Assembly: GCF_964355755.1 (NCBI RefSeq)
Contig: NC_092675.1
Span: 8,923,812-8,987,811, forward strand
Reading direction: 5' to 3'
DNA: 64,000 bases
Origin: Antedon mediterranea
Taxonomy: Eukaryota > Animalia > Echinodermata
Shown here piece by piece: positions 9,203 through 21,568 of the stretch. The notes under the pieces are model-generated. The model was given only the letters and a program-made list of their open reading frames with translations. It was not told the origin of the DNA and searched no databases. Position 1 is the first letter of the stretch, and each line of letters starts with the position of its first letter. Both the position numbers and the translations under genes were made by a program.

Positions 9203-9996
9203 ATGTTTAACTTTTTTAAATTATACTAAACAATGTTTATTTTACCTTTCAATTATGTTTTTTGACAGTAACTATAAGATCTTTCTCAGTTATAATCTTG
9301 AACCGCAAGTAACCGAATGTCTACAACCGTACCAGGTTGCCTAGCCTGTGAATATCTGTTGTCGTACACCTGTTTTTATCTTTTTAATAATCCTAAAATA
9401 TAGTCTCGTTTAAGTGTTTCTATTTTCCAAAAATGTGTTTATACTGTTGATGATAGTATAAGTAAATAAATTCAAACTGTAACCGCAATTAATCGAAAGT
9501 TTTTCAACTAAACTGCATTGAAAACAACGGTTCTCGTCCGATCACTGAAGTTAAACAAGTTGTTGTTCAAAGACATGTTTGTTGTTGTATGTTGCTGCTG
9601 TGGTGACGGTACAAACGTCACTGTACTACGCGGGCGTCCACTTGTGTGCGCGTTTGATTCTTAGCAACAACGCGGCCTGAATCTTTTGTACATGCCGCTA
9701 TTGTGTTATGCTTCTTTGTACAGTGTTATTGTTTCCTTTATATTATCTTTTTAAGAACCTCAGTATAACTTTTTAAATTATACTAAAAAAAGTTGAATTT
9801 ACCTTTCAAGTATGTGTTTCTTCAACAGAAGTGGGTGTAAATACCAACGTCATGGTTTCAGCAGCTGCTAATTTCAATCCTAGAAAATGTTCTATAATAA
9901 ATGAACAAAACTATTAGGTTATAGGATATATATATTTATAGAGATTTTGACAGTGAATATAAGATGTATATATACTTGAACCGCAAGTAACCGAAC

Positions 9997-10116
9997 GTCT
10001 ACAACCATACCACGTTGAAAACACCGGTTCTCGTCCGAACACCGCAGTTAAACAACGTCGGGCCTGGTTAGTACTTGGATGGGAGACCGCCTGGGAATAC
10101 CTGGTGTCGTAGACCT
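9997..10116 (+). rRNA. 5S_rRNA: 5S rRNA
   Basis: full-length copy. Confidence 0.95.
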
Positions 10117-10232
10117 ATGTTTAACTTTTTTAAATTATACTAAACAATGTTTATTTTACCTTTCAATTATGTTTTTTGACAGTAACTATAAGATCTTTCT
10201 CAGTTATAATCTTGAACCGCAAGGAACCGAAT

Positions 10233-10352
10233 GTCTACAACCATACCACGTTGAAAACACCGGTTCTCGTCCGAACACCGCAGTTAAACAACGTCGGGCC
10301 TGGTTAGTACTTGGATGGGAGACCGCCTGGGAAAACCTGGTGGCGTAGACCT
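10233..10352 (+). rRNA. 5S_rRNA: 5S rRNA (T102A,T111G)
   Basis: full-length copy. Confidence 0.9.
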
Positions 10353-11147
10353 ATGTTTAACTTTTTTAAATTATACTAAATAAAGTTTATTTTACCTTTC
10401 AATTATATTTTTATGACAGTAACTATAAGATCTTTCTAAGTTATAATCTTGAACCGCAAGTAACCGAATGTCTACAACCGTACCAGGTTGCCTAGCCTGT
10501 GAATATCTGTTGTCGTACACCTGTTTTTATCTTTTTAATAATCCTAAAATATAGTCTCGTTTAAGTGTTTCGATTTTCCAAAAATGTGTTTATACTGTTG
10601 ATGATAGTATAAGTAAATAAATTCAAACTGTAACCGCAATTAATCGAAAGTTTTTCAACTAAACTGCATTGAAAACAACTGTTCTCGTCCGATCACTGAA
10701 GTTAAACAAGTTGTTGTTCAAAGACATGTTTGTTGTTGTATGTTGCTGCTGTGGTGACGGTACAAACGTCACTGTACTACGCGGGCGTCCACTTGTGTGC
10801 GCGTTTGATTCTTAGCAACAAAGCGGCCTGAATCTTTTGTACATGCCGCTATTGTGTTATGCTTCTTTGTACAGTGTTATTGTTTCCTTTATATTATCTT
10901 TTTAAGAACCTCAGTATAACTTTTTAAATTATACTAAACAAAGTTGAATTTACCTTTCAAGTATGTGTTTCTTAAACAGAAGTGGGTGTAAATACCAACG
11001 TCATGGTTTCAGCAGCTGCTAATTTCAATCCTAGAAAATGTTCTATAATAAATGAACAAAACTATTAGGTTATAGGATATATATATTTATAGAGATTTTG
11101 ACAGTGAATATAAGATGTATATATACTTGAACCGCAAGTAACCGAAC

Positions 11148-11267
11148 GTCTACAACCATACCACGTTGAAAACACCGGTTCTCGTCCGAACACCGCAGTT
11201 AAACAACGTCGGGCCTGGTTAGTACTTGGATGGGAGACCGCCTGGGAATACCTGGTGTCGTAGACCT
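11148..11267 (+). rRNA. 5S_rRNA: 5S rRNA
   Basis: full-length copy. Confidence 0.95.
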
Positions 11268-11383
11268 ATGTTTAACTTTTTTAAATTATACTAAACAATG
11301 TTTATTTTACCTTTCAATTATGTTTTTTGACAGTAACTATAAGATCTTTCTCAGTTATAATCTTGAACCGCAAGGAACCGAAT

Positions 11384-11503
11384 GTCTACAACCATACCAC
11401 GTTGAAAACACCGGTTCTCGTCCGAACACCGCAGTTAAACAACGTCGGGCCTGGTTAGTACTTGGATGGGAGACCGCCTGGGAATACCTGGTGTCGTAGA
11501 CCT
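11384..11503 (+). rRNA. 5S_rRNA: 5S rRNA
   Basis: full-length copy. Confidence 0.95.
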
Positions 11504-11813
11504 ATGTTTAACTTTTTTAAATTATACTAAATAAAGTTTATTTTACCTTTCAATTATATTTTTATGACAGTAACTATAAGATCTTTCTAAGTTATAATCT
11601 TGAACCGCAAGTAACCGAATGTCTACAACCGTACCAGGTTGCCTAGCCTGTGAATATCTGTTGTCGTACACCTGTTTTTATCTTTTTAATAGTCCTAAAA
11701 TATAGTCTCGTTTAAGTGTTTCGATTTTCCAAAAATGTGTTTATACTGTTGATGATAGTATAAGTAAATAAATTCAAACTGTAACCGCAATTAATCGAAA
11801 GTTTTTCAACTAA

Positions 11814-12884
11814 TGATATTAGTCTAGCATGTAACCATGTAGACATGATTATGTATGCAGATGACACAAATGTGTTTTGTAGTCACAATGATATTACTCA
11901 AGCTTTTGATACAATGAACCAGGAGTTATCTATACTTTCGGACTGGTTTATTGCTAACAAATTAACGCTAAATGTAAACAAATCAAAATATGTTATATTT
12001 AAGGCTAGAAATAAGTCAGCTGACACTACCTCACTAGAATTGAGGATGGGAAATGAATGTATAGTAAAAGCTACTGAAGTTAAATTTCTAGGCTTATTTC
12101 TGGATGAAACTTTATCGTTTAATTTTCATGTAAATGAGGTAGCAAACAGTATTTCTAGAATAATTGGTGTCTTAAACAAAGTGAAGTCTATGTTATCAAG
12201 TAAAATCTTGTTAACGGTATACAATGCACTTATATTACCTAGAATAACGTATGCTATCACAGTATGGGGTGCTACTTCTGCTACAAACTTAAACCGTATA
12301 CATATTCTCCAGAAAAAAGCACTTAGAAATATTTGTCATGTTCATTTTATGCATCCTTCTCATCCACTTTTTATTTCAACCCAAACATTAAATATTTTTG
12401 ACCTTTATACGAAACACACTGCTATATTTATGTATCAATATAAACATAATCTATTACCTGAATCATTTAATAACTTATTTAGTACATCTGCCTCATTCCA
12501 TAATTACTCAACTAGAAACAGGTCAAACTACTGTCCACAACTAAAACGCACCAAAGTCGGACAGCAATGTATTTCCTACCAAGGAACACATATTTGGAAC
12601 AATTTAACAGACTATATAAAACAATCCCCCACTTTAAGTTTGTTTAAACAGAGATTAAAGCAATATTATAACAATAGAAATATTTAAGTTAAGTAAATCA
12701 CATTATGTTATTTTGGTTTGTTCTTTTTGTTTGTACTAATTGTTTGATCTTTTTGTTAGGGTTACATGCTTAAAGCACTTGTGCTTATTTTGTATCCCAT
12801 TCCATTATCTTATTATTTGTATTGTATTTGTATATGTTTTTATTTTGATTATGGAATAAAAATGTCGATGAATTGAAATTGAAA
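11814..12884 (+). mobile_element. 5'-truncated non-LTR retrotransposon (LINE, CR1/L2 group; possibly Crack/Daphne-like) inserted in a psi2 copy
   Basis: Unique ~1071 bp interrupting GTTTTTCAACTAA|...|AAAACAACTGTTCTC. RT motifs, ~200-nt T-rich 3'UTR, AATAAA at 12855-12860, tail GAATTGAAATTGAAA. No TSD. Confidence 0.92.
11845..12687 (+). CDS. C-terminal fragment of LINE ORF2 reverse transcriptase (5'-truncated; frame open from 11812)
   Basis: (ND...)MYADDT catalytic motif, WFxxNKLTLNVNKSK, KFLGLFLDxxLSF, YNALILPxxxYxxxVWG, LQKKALR, HNYSTR, WNNL, typical of CR1/L2-group RTs. No stops or frameshifts. Confidence 0.88.
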   Translation: MIMYADDTNVFCSHNDITQAFDTMNQELSILSDWFIANKLTLNVNKSKYVIFKARNKSADTTSLELRMGNECIVKATEVKFLGLFLDETLSFNFHVNEVANSISRIIGVLNKVKSMLSSKILLTVYNALILPRITYAITVWGATSATNLNRIHILQKKALRNICHVHFMHPSHPLFISTQTLNIFDLYTKHTAIFMYQYKHNLLPESFNNLFSTSASFHNYSTRNRSNYCPQLKRTKVGQQCISYQGTHIWNNLTDYIKQSPTLSLFKQRLKQYYNNRNI

Positions 12885-13360
12885 AAAACAACTGTTCTCG
12901 TCCGATCACTGAAGTTAAACAAGTTGTTGTTCAAAGACATGTTTGTTGTTGTATGTTGCTGCTGTGGTGACGGTACAAACGTCACTGTACTACGCGATCG
13001 TCCACTTGTGTGCGCGTTTGATTCTTAGCAACAAAGCGGCCTGAATCTTTTGTACATGCCGCTATTGTGTTATGCTTCTTTGTACAGTGTTATTATTTCC
13101 TTTATATTATCTTTTTAAGAACCTCAGTATAACTTTTTAAATTATACTAAACAAAGTTGAATTTACCTTTCAAGTATGTGTTTCTTCAACAGAAGTGGGT
13201 GTAAATACCAACGTCATGGTTTCAGCAGCTGCTAATTTCAATCCTAGAAAATGTTCTATAATAAATGAACAAAACTATTAGGTTATAGGATATATGTGTT
13301 TATAGAGATTTTGACAGTGAATATAAGATTTATATATACTTGAACCGCAAGTAACCGAAC

Positions 13361-13480
13361 GTCTACAACCATACCATGTTGAAAACACCGGTTCTCGTCC
13401 GAACACCGGAGTTAAACAACGTCGGGCCTCGTTAGTACTTGGATGGGAGACCGCCTGGGAATACCTGGTGTCGTAGACCT
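13361..13480 (+). rRNA. 5S_rRNA: 5S rRNA (C17T,C49G,G70C)
   Basis: full-length copy. Confidence 0.9.
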
Positions 13481-13597
13481 ATGTTTAACTTTTTTAAATT
13501 ATACTAAACAAAGTTTATTTTACCTTTCAATTATGTTTTTATGACAGTAACTATAAGATCTTTCTAAGTTATAATCTTGAACCGCAAGTAACCGAAC

Positions 13598-13717
13598 GTC
13601 TACAACCATACCACGTTGAAAACACCGGTTCTCCTCCGAACACCGCAGTTAAACAACGTCGGGCCTGGTTAGTACTTGGATGGGAGACCGCCTGGGAATA
13701 CCTGGTGTCGTAGACCT
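13598..13717 (+). rRNA. 5S_rRNA: 5S rRNA (G37C)
   Basis: full-length copy. Confidence 0.92.
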
Positions 13718-13833
13718 ATGTTTAACTTTTTTAAATTATACTAAACAATGTTTATTTTACCTTTCAATTATGTTTTTTGACAGTAACTATAAGATCTTTC
13801 TCAGTTATAATCTTGAACCGCAAGTAACCGAAT

Positions 13834-13953
13834 GTCTACAACCATACCACGTTGAAAACACCGGTTCTCGTCCGAACACCGCAGTTAAACAACGTCGGGC
13901 CTGGTTAGTACTTGGATGGGAGACCGCCTGGGAATACCTGGTGTCGTAGACCT
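13834..13953 (+). rRNA. 5S_rRNA: 5S rRNA
   Basis: full-length copy. Confidence 0.95.
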
Positions 13954-14747
13954 ATGTTTAACTTTTTTAAATTATACTAAACAATGTTTATTTTACCTTT
14001 CAATTATGTTTTTTGACAGTAACTATAAGATCTTTCTCAGTTATAATCTTGAACCGCAAGTAACCGAATGTCTACAACCGTACCAGGTTGCCTAGCCTGT
14101 GAATATCTGTTGTCGTACACCTGTTTTTATCTTTTTAATAATCCTAAAATATAGTCTCGTTTAAGTGTTTCTATTTTCCAAAAATGTGTTTATACTGTTG
14201 ATGATAGTATAAGTAAATAAATTCAAACTGTAACCGCAATTAATCGAAAGTTTTTCAACTAAACTGCATTGAAAACAACGGTTCTCGTCCGATCACTGAA
14301 GTTAAACAAGTTGTTGTTCAAAGACATGTTTGTTGTTGTATGTTGCTGCTGTGGTGACGGTACAAACGTCACTGTACTACGCGGGCGTCCACTTGTGTGC
14401 GCGTTTGATTCTTAGCAACAACGCGGCCTGAATCTTTTGTACATGCCGCTATTGTGTTATGCTTCTTTGTACAGTGTTATTGTTTCCTTTATATTATCTT
14501 TTTAAGAACCTCAGTATAACTTTTTAAATTATACTAAAAAAAGTTGAATTTACCTTTCAAGTATGTGTTTCTTCAACAGAAGTGGGTGTAAATACCAACG
14601 TCATGGTTTCAGCAGCTGCTAATTTCAATCCTAGAAAATGTTCTATAATAAATGAACAAAACTATTAGGTTATAGGATATATATATTTATAGAGATTTTG
14701 ACAGTGAATATAAGATGTATATATACTTGAACCGCAAGTAACCGAAC

Positions 14748-14867
14748 GTCTACAACCATACCACGTTGAAAACACCGGTTCTCGTCCGAACACCGCAGTT
14801 AAACAACGTCGGGCCTGGTTAGTACTTGGATGGGAGACCGCCTGGGAATACCTGGTGTCGTAGACCT
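14748..14867 (+). rRNA. 5S_rRNA: 5S rRNA
   Basis: full-length copy. Confidence 0.95.
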
Positions 14868-14983
14868 ATGTTTAACTTTTTTAAATTATACTAAACAATG
14901 TTTATTTTACCTTTCAATTATGTTTTTTGACAGTAACTATAAGATCTTTCTCAGTTATAATCTTGAACCGCAAGGAACCGAAT

Positions 14984-15103
14984 GTCTACAACCATACCAC
15001 GTTGAAAACACCGGTTCTCGTCCGAACACCGCAGTTAAACAACGTCGGGCCTGGTTAGTACTTGGATGGGAGACCGCCTGGGAAAACCTGGTGGCGTAGA
15101 CCT
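14984..15103 (+). rRNA. 5S_rRNA: 5S rRNA (T102A,T111G)
   Basis: full-length copy. Confidence 0.9.
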
Positions 15104-15898
15104 ATGTTTAACTTTTTTAAATTATACTAAATAAAGTTTATTTTACCTTTCAATTATATTTTTATGACAGTAACTATAAGATCTTTCTAAGTTATAATCT
15201 TGAACCGCAAGTAACCGAATGTCTACAACCGTACCAGGTTGCCTAGCCTGTGAATATCTGTTGTCGTACACCTGTTTTTATCTTTTTAATAATCCTAAAA
15301 TATAGTCTCGTTTAAGTGTTTCGATTTTCCAAAAATGTGTTTATACTGTTGATGATAGTATAAGTAAATAAATTCAAACTGTAACCGCAATTAATCGAAA
15401 GTTTTTCAACTAAACTGCATTGAAAACAACTGTTCTCGTCCGATCACTGAAGTTAAACAAGTTGTTGTTCAAAGACATGTTTGTTGTTGTATGTTGCTGC
15501 TGTGGTGACGGTACAAACGTCACTGTACTACGCGGGCGTCCACTTGTGTGCGCGTTTGATTCTTAGCAACAAAGCGGCCTGAATCTTTTGTACATGCCGC
15601 TATTGTGTTATGCTTCTTTGTACAGTGTTATTGTTTCCTTTATATTATCTTTTTAAGAACCTCAGTATAACTTTTTAAATTATACTAAACAAAGTTGAAT
15701 TTACCTTTCAAGTATGTGTTTCTTAAACAGAAGTGGGTGTAAATACCAACGTCATGGTTTCAGCAGCTGCTAATTTCAATCCTAGAAAATGTTCTATAAT
15801 AAATGAACAAAACTATTAGGTTATAGGATATATGTGTTTATAGAGATTTTGACAGTGAATATAAGATTTATATATACTTGAACCGCAAGTAACCGAAC

Positions 15899-16018
15899 GT
15901 CTACAACCATACCATGTTGAAAACACCGGTTCTCGTCCGAACACCGCAGTTAAACAACGTCGGGCCTCGTTAGTACTTGGATGGGAGACCGCCTGGGAAT
16001 ACCTGGTGTCGTAGACCT
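15899..16018 (+). rRNA. 5S_rRNA: 5S rRNA (C17T,G70C)
   Basis: full-length copy. Confidence 0.9.
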
Positions 16019-16135
16019 ATGTTTAACTTTTTTAAATTATACTAAACAAAGTTTATTTTACCTTTCAATTATGTTTTTATGACAGTAACTATAAGATCTT
16101 TCTAAGTTATAATCTTGAACCGCAAGTAACCGAAC

Positions 16136-16255
16136 GTCTACAACCATACCACGTTGAAAACACCGGTTCTCCTCCGAACACTGCAGTTAAACAACGTCGG
16201 GCCTGGTTAGTACTTGGATGGGAGACCGCCTGGGAATACCTGGTGTCGTAGACCT
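16136..16255 (+). rRNA. 5S_rRNA: 5S rRNA (G37C,C47T)
   Basis: full-length copy. Confidence 0.9.
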
Positions 16256-17050
16256 ATGTTTAACTTTTTTAAATTATACTAAACAATGTTTATTTTACCT
16301 TTCAATTATGTTTTTATGACAGTAACTATAAGATCTTTCTAAGTTATAATCTTGAACCGCAAGTAACCGAATGTCTACAACCGTACCAGGTTGCCTAGCC
16401 TGTGAATATCTGTTATCGTACACCTGTTTTTATCTTTTTAATAATCCTAAAATATAGTCTCCTTTAAGTGTTTCGATTTTCCAAAAATGTGTTTATACTG
16501 TTGATGATAGTATAAGTAAATAAATTCAAACTTTAACCGCAATTAATCGAAAGTTTTTCAACTAAACTGCATTGAAAACAACGGTTCTCGTCCGATCACT
16601 GAAGTTAAACAAGTTGTTGTTCAAAGACATGTTTGTTGTTGTATGTTGCTGCTGTGGTGACGGTACAAACGTCACTGTACTACGCGATCGTCCACTTGTG
16701 TGCGCGTTTGATTCTTAGCAACAAAGCGGCCTGAATCTTTTGTACATGCCGCTATTGTGTTATGCTTCTTTGTACAGTGTTATTATTTCCTTTATATTAT
16801 CTTTTTAAGAACCTCAGTATAACTTTTTAAATTATACTAAACAAAGTTGAATTTACCTTTCAAGTATGTGTTTCTTCAACAGAAGTGGGTGTAAATACCA
16901 ACGTCATGGTTTCAGCAGCTGCTAATTTCAATCCTAGAAAATGTTCTATAATAAATGAACAAAACTATTAGGTTATAGGATATATGTGTTTATAGAGATT
17001 TTGACAGTGAATATAAGATTTATATATACTTGAACCGCAAGTAACCGAAC

Positions 17051-17170
17051 GTCTACAACCATACCATGTTGAAAACACCGGTTCTCGTCCGAACACCGGA
17101 GTTAAACAACGTCGGGCCTCGTTAGTACTTGGATGGGAGACCGCCTGGGAATACCTGGTGTCGTAGACCT
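17051..17170 (+). rRNA. 5S_rRNA: 5S rRNA (C17T,C49G,G70C)
   Basis: full-length copy. Confidence 0.9.
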
Positions 17171-17287
17171 ATGTTTAACTTTTTTAAATTATACTAAACA
17201 AAGTTTATTTTACCTTTCAATTATGTTTTTATGACAGTAACTATAAGATCTTTCTAAGTTATAATCTTGAACCGCAAGTAACCGAAC

Positions 17288-17407
17288 GTCTACAACCATA
17301 CCACGTTGAAAACACCGGTTCTCCTCCGAACACCGCAGTTAAACAACGTCGGGCCTGGTTAGTACTTGGATGGGAGACCGCCTGGGAATACCTGGTGTCG
17401 TAGACCT
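17288..17407 (+). rRNA. 5S_rRNA: 5S rRNA (G37C)
   Basis: full-length copy. Confidence 0.92.
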
Positions 17408-17523
17408 ATGTTTAACTTTTTTAAATTATACTAAACAATGTTTATTTTACCTTTCAATTATGTTTTTTGACAGTAACTATAAGATCTTTCTCAGTTATAA
17501 TCTTGAACCGCAAGTAACCGAAT

Positions 17524-17643
17524 GTCTACAACCATACCACGTTGAAAACACCGGTTCTCGTCCGAACACCGCAGTTAAACAACGTCGGGCCTGGTTAGTA
17601 CTTGGATGGGAGACCGCCTGGGAATACCTGGTGTCGTAGACCT
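17524..17643 (+). rRNA. 5S_rRNA: 5S rRNA
   Basis: full-length copy. Confidence 0.95.
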
Positions 17644-18437
17644 ATGTTTAACTTTTTTAAATTATACTAAACAATGTTTATTTTACCTTTCAATTATGTT
17701 TTTTGACAGTAACTATAAGATCTTTCTCAGTTATAATCTTGAACCGCAAGTAACCGAATGTCTACAACCGTACCAGGTTGCCTAGCCTGTGAATATCTGT
17801 TGTCGTACACCTGTTTTTATCTTTTTAATAATCCTAAAATATAGTCTCGTTTAAGTGTTTCTATTTTCCAAAAATGTGTTTATACTGTTGATGATAGTAT
17901 AAGTAAATAAATTCAAACTGTAACCGCAATTAATCGAAAGTTTTTCAACTAAACTGCATTGAAAACAACGGTTCTCGTCCGATCACTGAAGTTAAACAAG
18001 TTGTTGTTCAAAGACATGTTTGTTGTTGTATGTTGCTGCTGTGGTGACGGTACAAACGTCACTGTACTACGCGGGCGTCCACTTGTGTGCGCGTTTGATT
18101 CTTAGCAACAACGCGGCCTGAATCTTTTGTACATGCCGCTATTGTGTTATGCTTCTTTGTACAGTGTTATTGTTTCCTTTATATTATCTTTTTAAGAACC
18201 TCAGTATAACTTTTTAAATTATACTAAAAAAAGTTGAATTTACCTTTCAAGTATGTGTTTCTTCAACAGAAGTGGGTGTAAATACCAACGTCATGGTTTC
18301 AGCAGCTGCTAATTTCAATCCTAGAAAATGTTCTATAATAAATGAACAAAACTATTAGGTTATAGGATATATATATTTATAGAGATTTTGACAGTGAATA
18401 TAAGATGTATATATACTTGAACCGCAAGTAACCGAAC

Positions 18438-18557
18438 GTCTACAACCATACCACGTTGAAAACACCGGTTCTCGTCCGAACACCGCAGTTAAACAACGTC
18501 GGGCCTGGTTAGTACTTGGATGGGAGACCGCCTGGGAATACCTGGTGTCGTAGACCT
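18438..18557 (+). rRNA. 5S_rRNA: 5S rRNA
   Basis: full-length copy. Confidence 0.95.
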
Positions 18558-18673
18558 ATGTTTAACTTTTTTAAATTATACTAAACAATGTTTATTTTAC
18601 CTTTCAATTATGTTTTTTGACAGTAACTATAAGATCTTTCTCAGTTATAATCTTGAACCGCAAGGAACCGAAT

Positions 18674-18793
18674 GTCTACAACCATACCACGTTGAAAACA
18701 CCGGTTCTCGTCCGAACACCGCAGTTAAACAACGTCGGGCCTGGTTAGTACTTGGATGGGAGACCGCCTGGGAATACCTGGTGTCGTAGACCT
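18674..18793 (+). rRNA. 5S_rRNA: 5S rRNA
   Basis: full-length copy. Confidence 0.95.
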
Positions 18794-19588
18794 ATGTTTA
18801 ACTTTTTTAAATTATACTAAATAAAGTTTATTTTACCTTTCAATTATATTTTTATGACAGTAACTATAAGATCTTTCTAAGTTATAATCTTGAACCGCAA
18901 GTAACCGAATGTCTACAACCGTACCAGGTTGCCTAGCCTGTGAATATCTGTTGTCGTACACCTGTTTTTATCTTTTTAATAATCCTAAAATATAGTCTCG
19001 TTTAAGTGTTTCGATTTTCCAAAAATGTGTTTATACTGTTGATGATAGTATAAGTAAATAAATTCAAACTGTAACCGCAATTAATCGAAAGTTTTTCAAC
19101 TAAACTGCATTGAAAACAACTGTTCTCGTCCGATCACTGAAGTTAAACAAGTTGTTGTTCAAAGACATGTTTGTTGTTGTATGTTGCTGCTGTGGTGACG
19201 GTACAAACGTCACTGTACTACGCGGGCGTCCACTTGTGTGCGCGTTTGATTCTTAGCAACAAAGCGGCCTGAATCTTTTGTACATGCCGCTATTGTGTTA
19301 TGCTTCTTTGTACAGTGTTATTGTTTCCTTTATATTATCTTTTTAAGAACCTCAGTATAACTTTTTAAATTATACTAAACAAAGTTGAATTTACCTTTCA
19401 AGTATGTGTTTCTTCAACAGAAGTGGGTGTAAATACCAACGTCATGGTTTCAGCAGCTGCTAATTTCAATCCTAGAAAATGTTCTATAATAAATGAACAA
19501 AACTATTAGGTTATAGGATATATGTGTTTATAGAGATTTTGACAGTGAATATAAGATTTATATATACTTGAACCGCAAGTAACCGAAC

Positions 19589-19708
19589 GTCTACAACCAT
19601 ACCATGTTGAAAACACCGGTTCTCGTCCGAACACCGCAGTTAAACAACGTCGGGCCTCGTTAGTACTTGGATGGGAGACCGCCTGGGAATACCTGGTGTC
19701 GTAGACCT
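19589..19708 (+). rRNA. 5S_rRNA: 5S rRNA (C17T,G70C)
   Basis: full-length copy. Confidence 0.9.
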
Positions 19709-19825
19709 ATGTTTAACTTTTTTAAATTATACTAAACAAAGTTTATTTTACCTTTCAATTATGTTTTTATGACAGTAACTATAAGATCTTTCTAAGTTAT
19801 AATCTTGAACCGCAAGTAACCGAAC

Positions 19826-19945
19826 GTCTACAACCATACCACGTTGAAAACACCGGTTCTCCTCCGAACACTGCAGTTAAACAACGTCGGGCCTGGTTAG
19901 TACTTGGATGGGAGACCGCCTGGGAATACCTGGTGTCGTAGACCT
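19826..19945 (+). rRNA. 5S_rRNA: 5S rRNA (G37C,C47T)
   Basis: full-length copy. Confidence 0.9.
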
Positions 19946-20062
19946 ATGTTTAACTTTTTTAAATTATACTAAACAATGTTTATTTTACCTTTCAATTATG
20001 TTTTTATGACAGTAACTATAAGATCTTTCTAAGTTATAATCTTGAACCGCAAGTAACCGAAC

Positions 20063-20182
20063 GTCTACAACCATACCACGTTGAAAACACCGGTTCTCCT
20101 CCGAACACCGCAGTTAAACAACGTCGGGCCTGGTTAGTACCTGGATGGGAGACCGCCTGGGAATACCTGGTGTCGTAGACCT
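20063..20182 (+). rRNA. 5S_rRNA: 5S rRNA (G37C,T79C)
   Basis: full-length copy. Confidence 0.9.
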
Positions 20183-20298
20183 ATGTTTAACTTTTTTAAA
20201 TTATACTAAACAATGTTTATTTTACCTTTCAATTATGTTTTTTGACAGTAACTATAAGATCTTTCTCAGTTATAATCTTGAACCGCAAGGAACCGAAT

Positions 20299-20418
20299 GT
20301 CTACAACCATACCACGTTGAAAACACAGGTTCTCGTCCGAACACCGCAGTTAAACAACGTCGGGCCTGGTTAGTACTTGGATGGGAGACCGCCTGGGAAT
20401 ACCTGGTGTCGTAGACCT
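20299..20418 (+). rRNA. 5S_rRNA: 5S rRNA (C29A)
   Basis: full-length copy. Confidence 0.9.
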
Positions 20419-21212
20419 ATGTTTAACTTTTTTAAATTATACTAAACAATGTTTATTTTACCTTTCAATTATGTTTTTTGACAGTAACTATAAGATCTTT
20501 CTCAGTTATAATCTTGAACCGCAAGTAACCGAATGTCTACAACCGTACCAGGTTGCCTAGCCTGTGAATATCTGTTGTCGTACACCTGTTTTTATCTTTT
20601 TAATAATCCTAAAATATAGTCTCGTTTAAGTGTTTCTATTTTCCAAAAATGTGTTTATACTGTTGATGATAGTATAAGTAAATAAATTCAAACTGTAACC
20701 GCAATTAATCGAAAGTATTTCAACTAAACTGCATTGAAAACAACGGTTCTCGTCCGATCACTGAAGTTAAACAAGTTGTTGTTCAAAGACATGTTTGTTG
20801 TTGTATGTTGCTGCTGTGGTGACGGTACAAACGTCACTGTACTACGCGGGCGTCCACTTGTGTGCGCGTTTGATTCTTAGCAACAACGCGGCCTGAATCT
20901 TTTGTACATGCCGCTATTGTGTTATGCTTCTTTGTACAGTGTTATTGTTTCCTTTATATTATCTTTTTAAGAACCTCAGTATAACTTTTTAAATTATACT
21001 AAACAAAGTTGAATTTACCTTTCAAGTATGTGTTTCTTCAACAGAAGTGGGTGTAAATACCAACGTCATGGTTTCAGCAGCTGCTAATTTCAATCCTAGA
21101 AAATGTTCTATAATAAATGAACAAAACTATTAGATTATAGGATATATATATTTATAGAGATTTTGACAGTGAATATAAGATGTATATATACTTGAACCGC
21201 AAGTAACCGAAC

Positions 21213-21332
21213 GTCTACAACCATACCACGTTGAAAACACCGGTTCTCGTCCGAACACCGCAGTTAAACAACGTCGGGCCTGGTTAGTACTTGGATGGGA
21301 GACCGCCTGGGAATACCTGGTGTCGTAGACCT
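21213..21332 (+). rRNA. 5S_rRNA: 5S rRNA
   Basis: full-length copy. Confidence 0.95.
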
Positions 21333-21448
21333 ATGTTTAACTTTTTTAAATTATACTAAACAATGTTTATTTTACCTTTCAATTATGTTTTTTGACAGTA
21401 ACTATAAGATCTTTCTCAGTTATAATCTTGAACCGCAAGTAACCGAAT

Positions 21449-21568
21449 GTCTACAACCATACCACGTTGAAAACACCGGTTCTCGTCCGAACACCGCAGT
21501 TAAACAACGTCGGGCCTGGTTAGTACTTGGATGGGAGACCGCCTGGGAATACCTGGTGTCGTAGACCT
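21449..21568 (+). rRNA. 5S_rRNA: 5S rRNA
   Basis: full-length copy. Confidence 0.95.

Noticed and set aside
11814-12884. Autonomous or 5S-specific retrotransposon
   Set aside because: It lacks ORF1, endonuclease and the N-terminal RT. A single insertion cannot establish target specificity.
12785-12985. 66-aa minus-strand ORF
   Set aside because: It spans the LINE 3'UTR/psi2 junction, is low complexity, and exists only because of the insertion.
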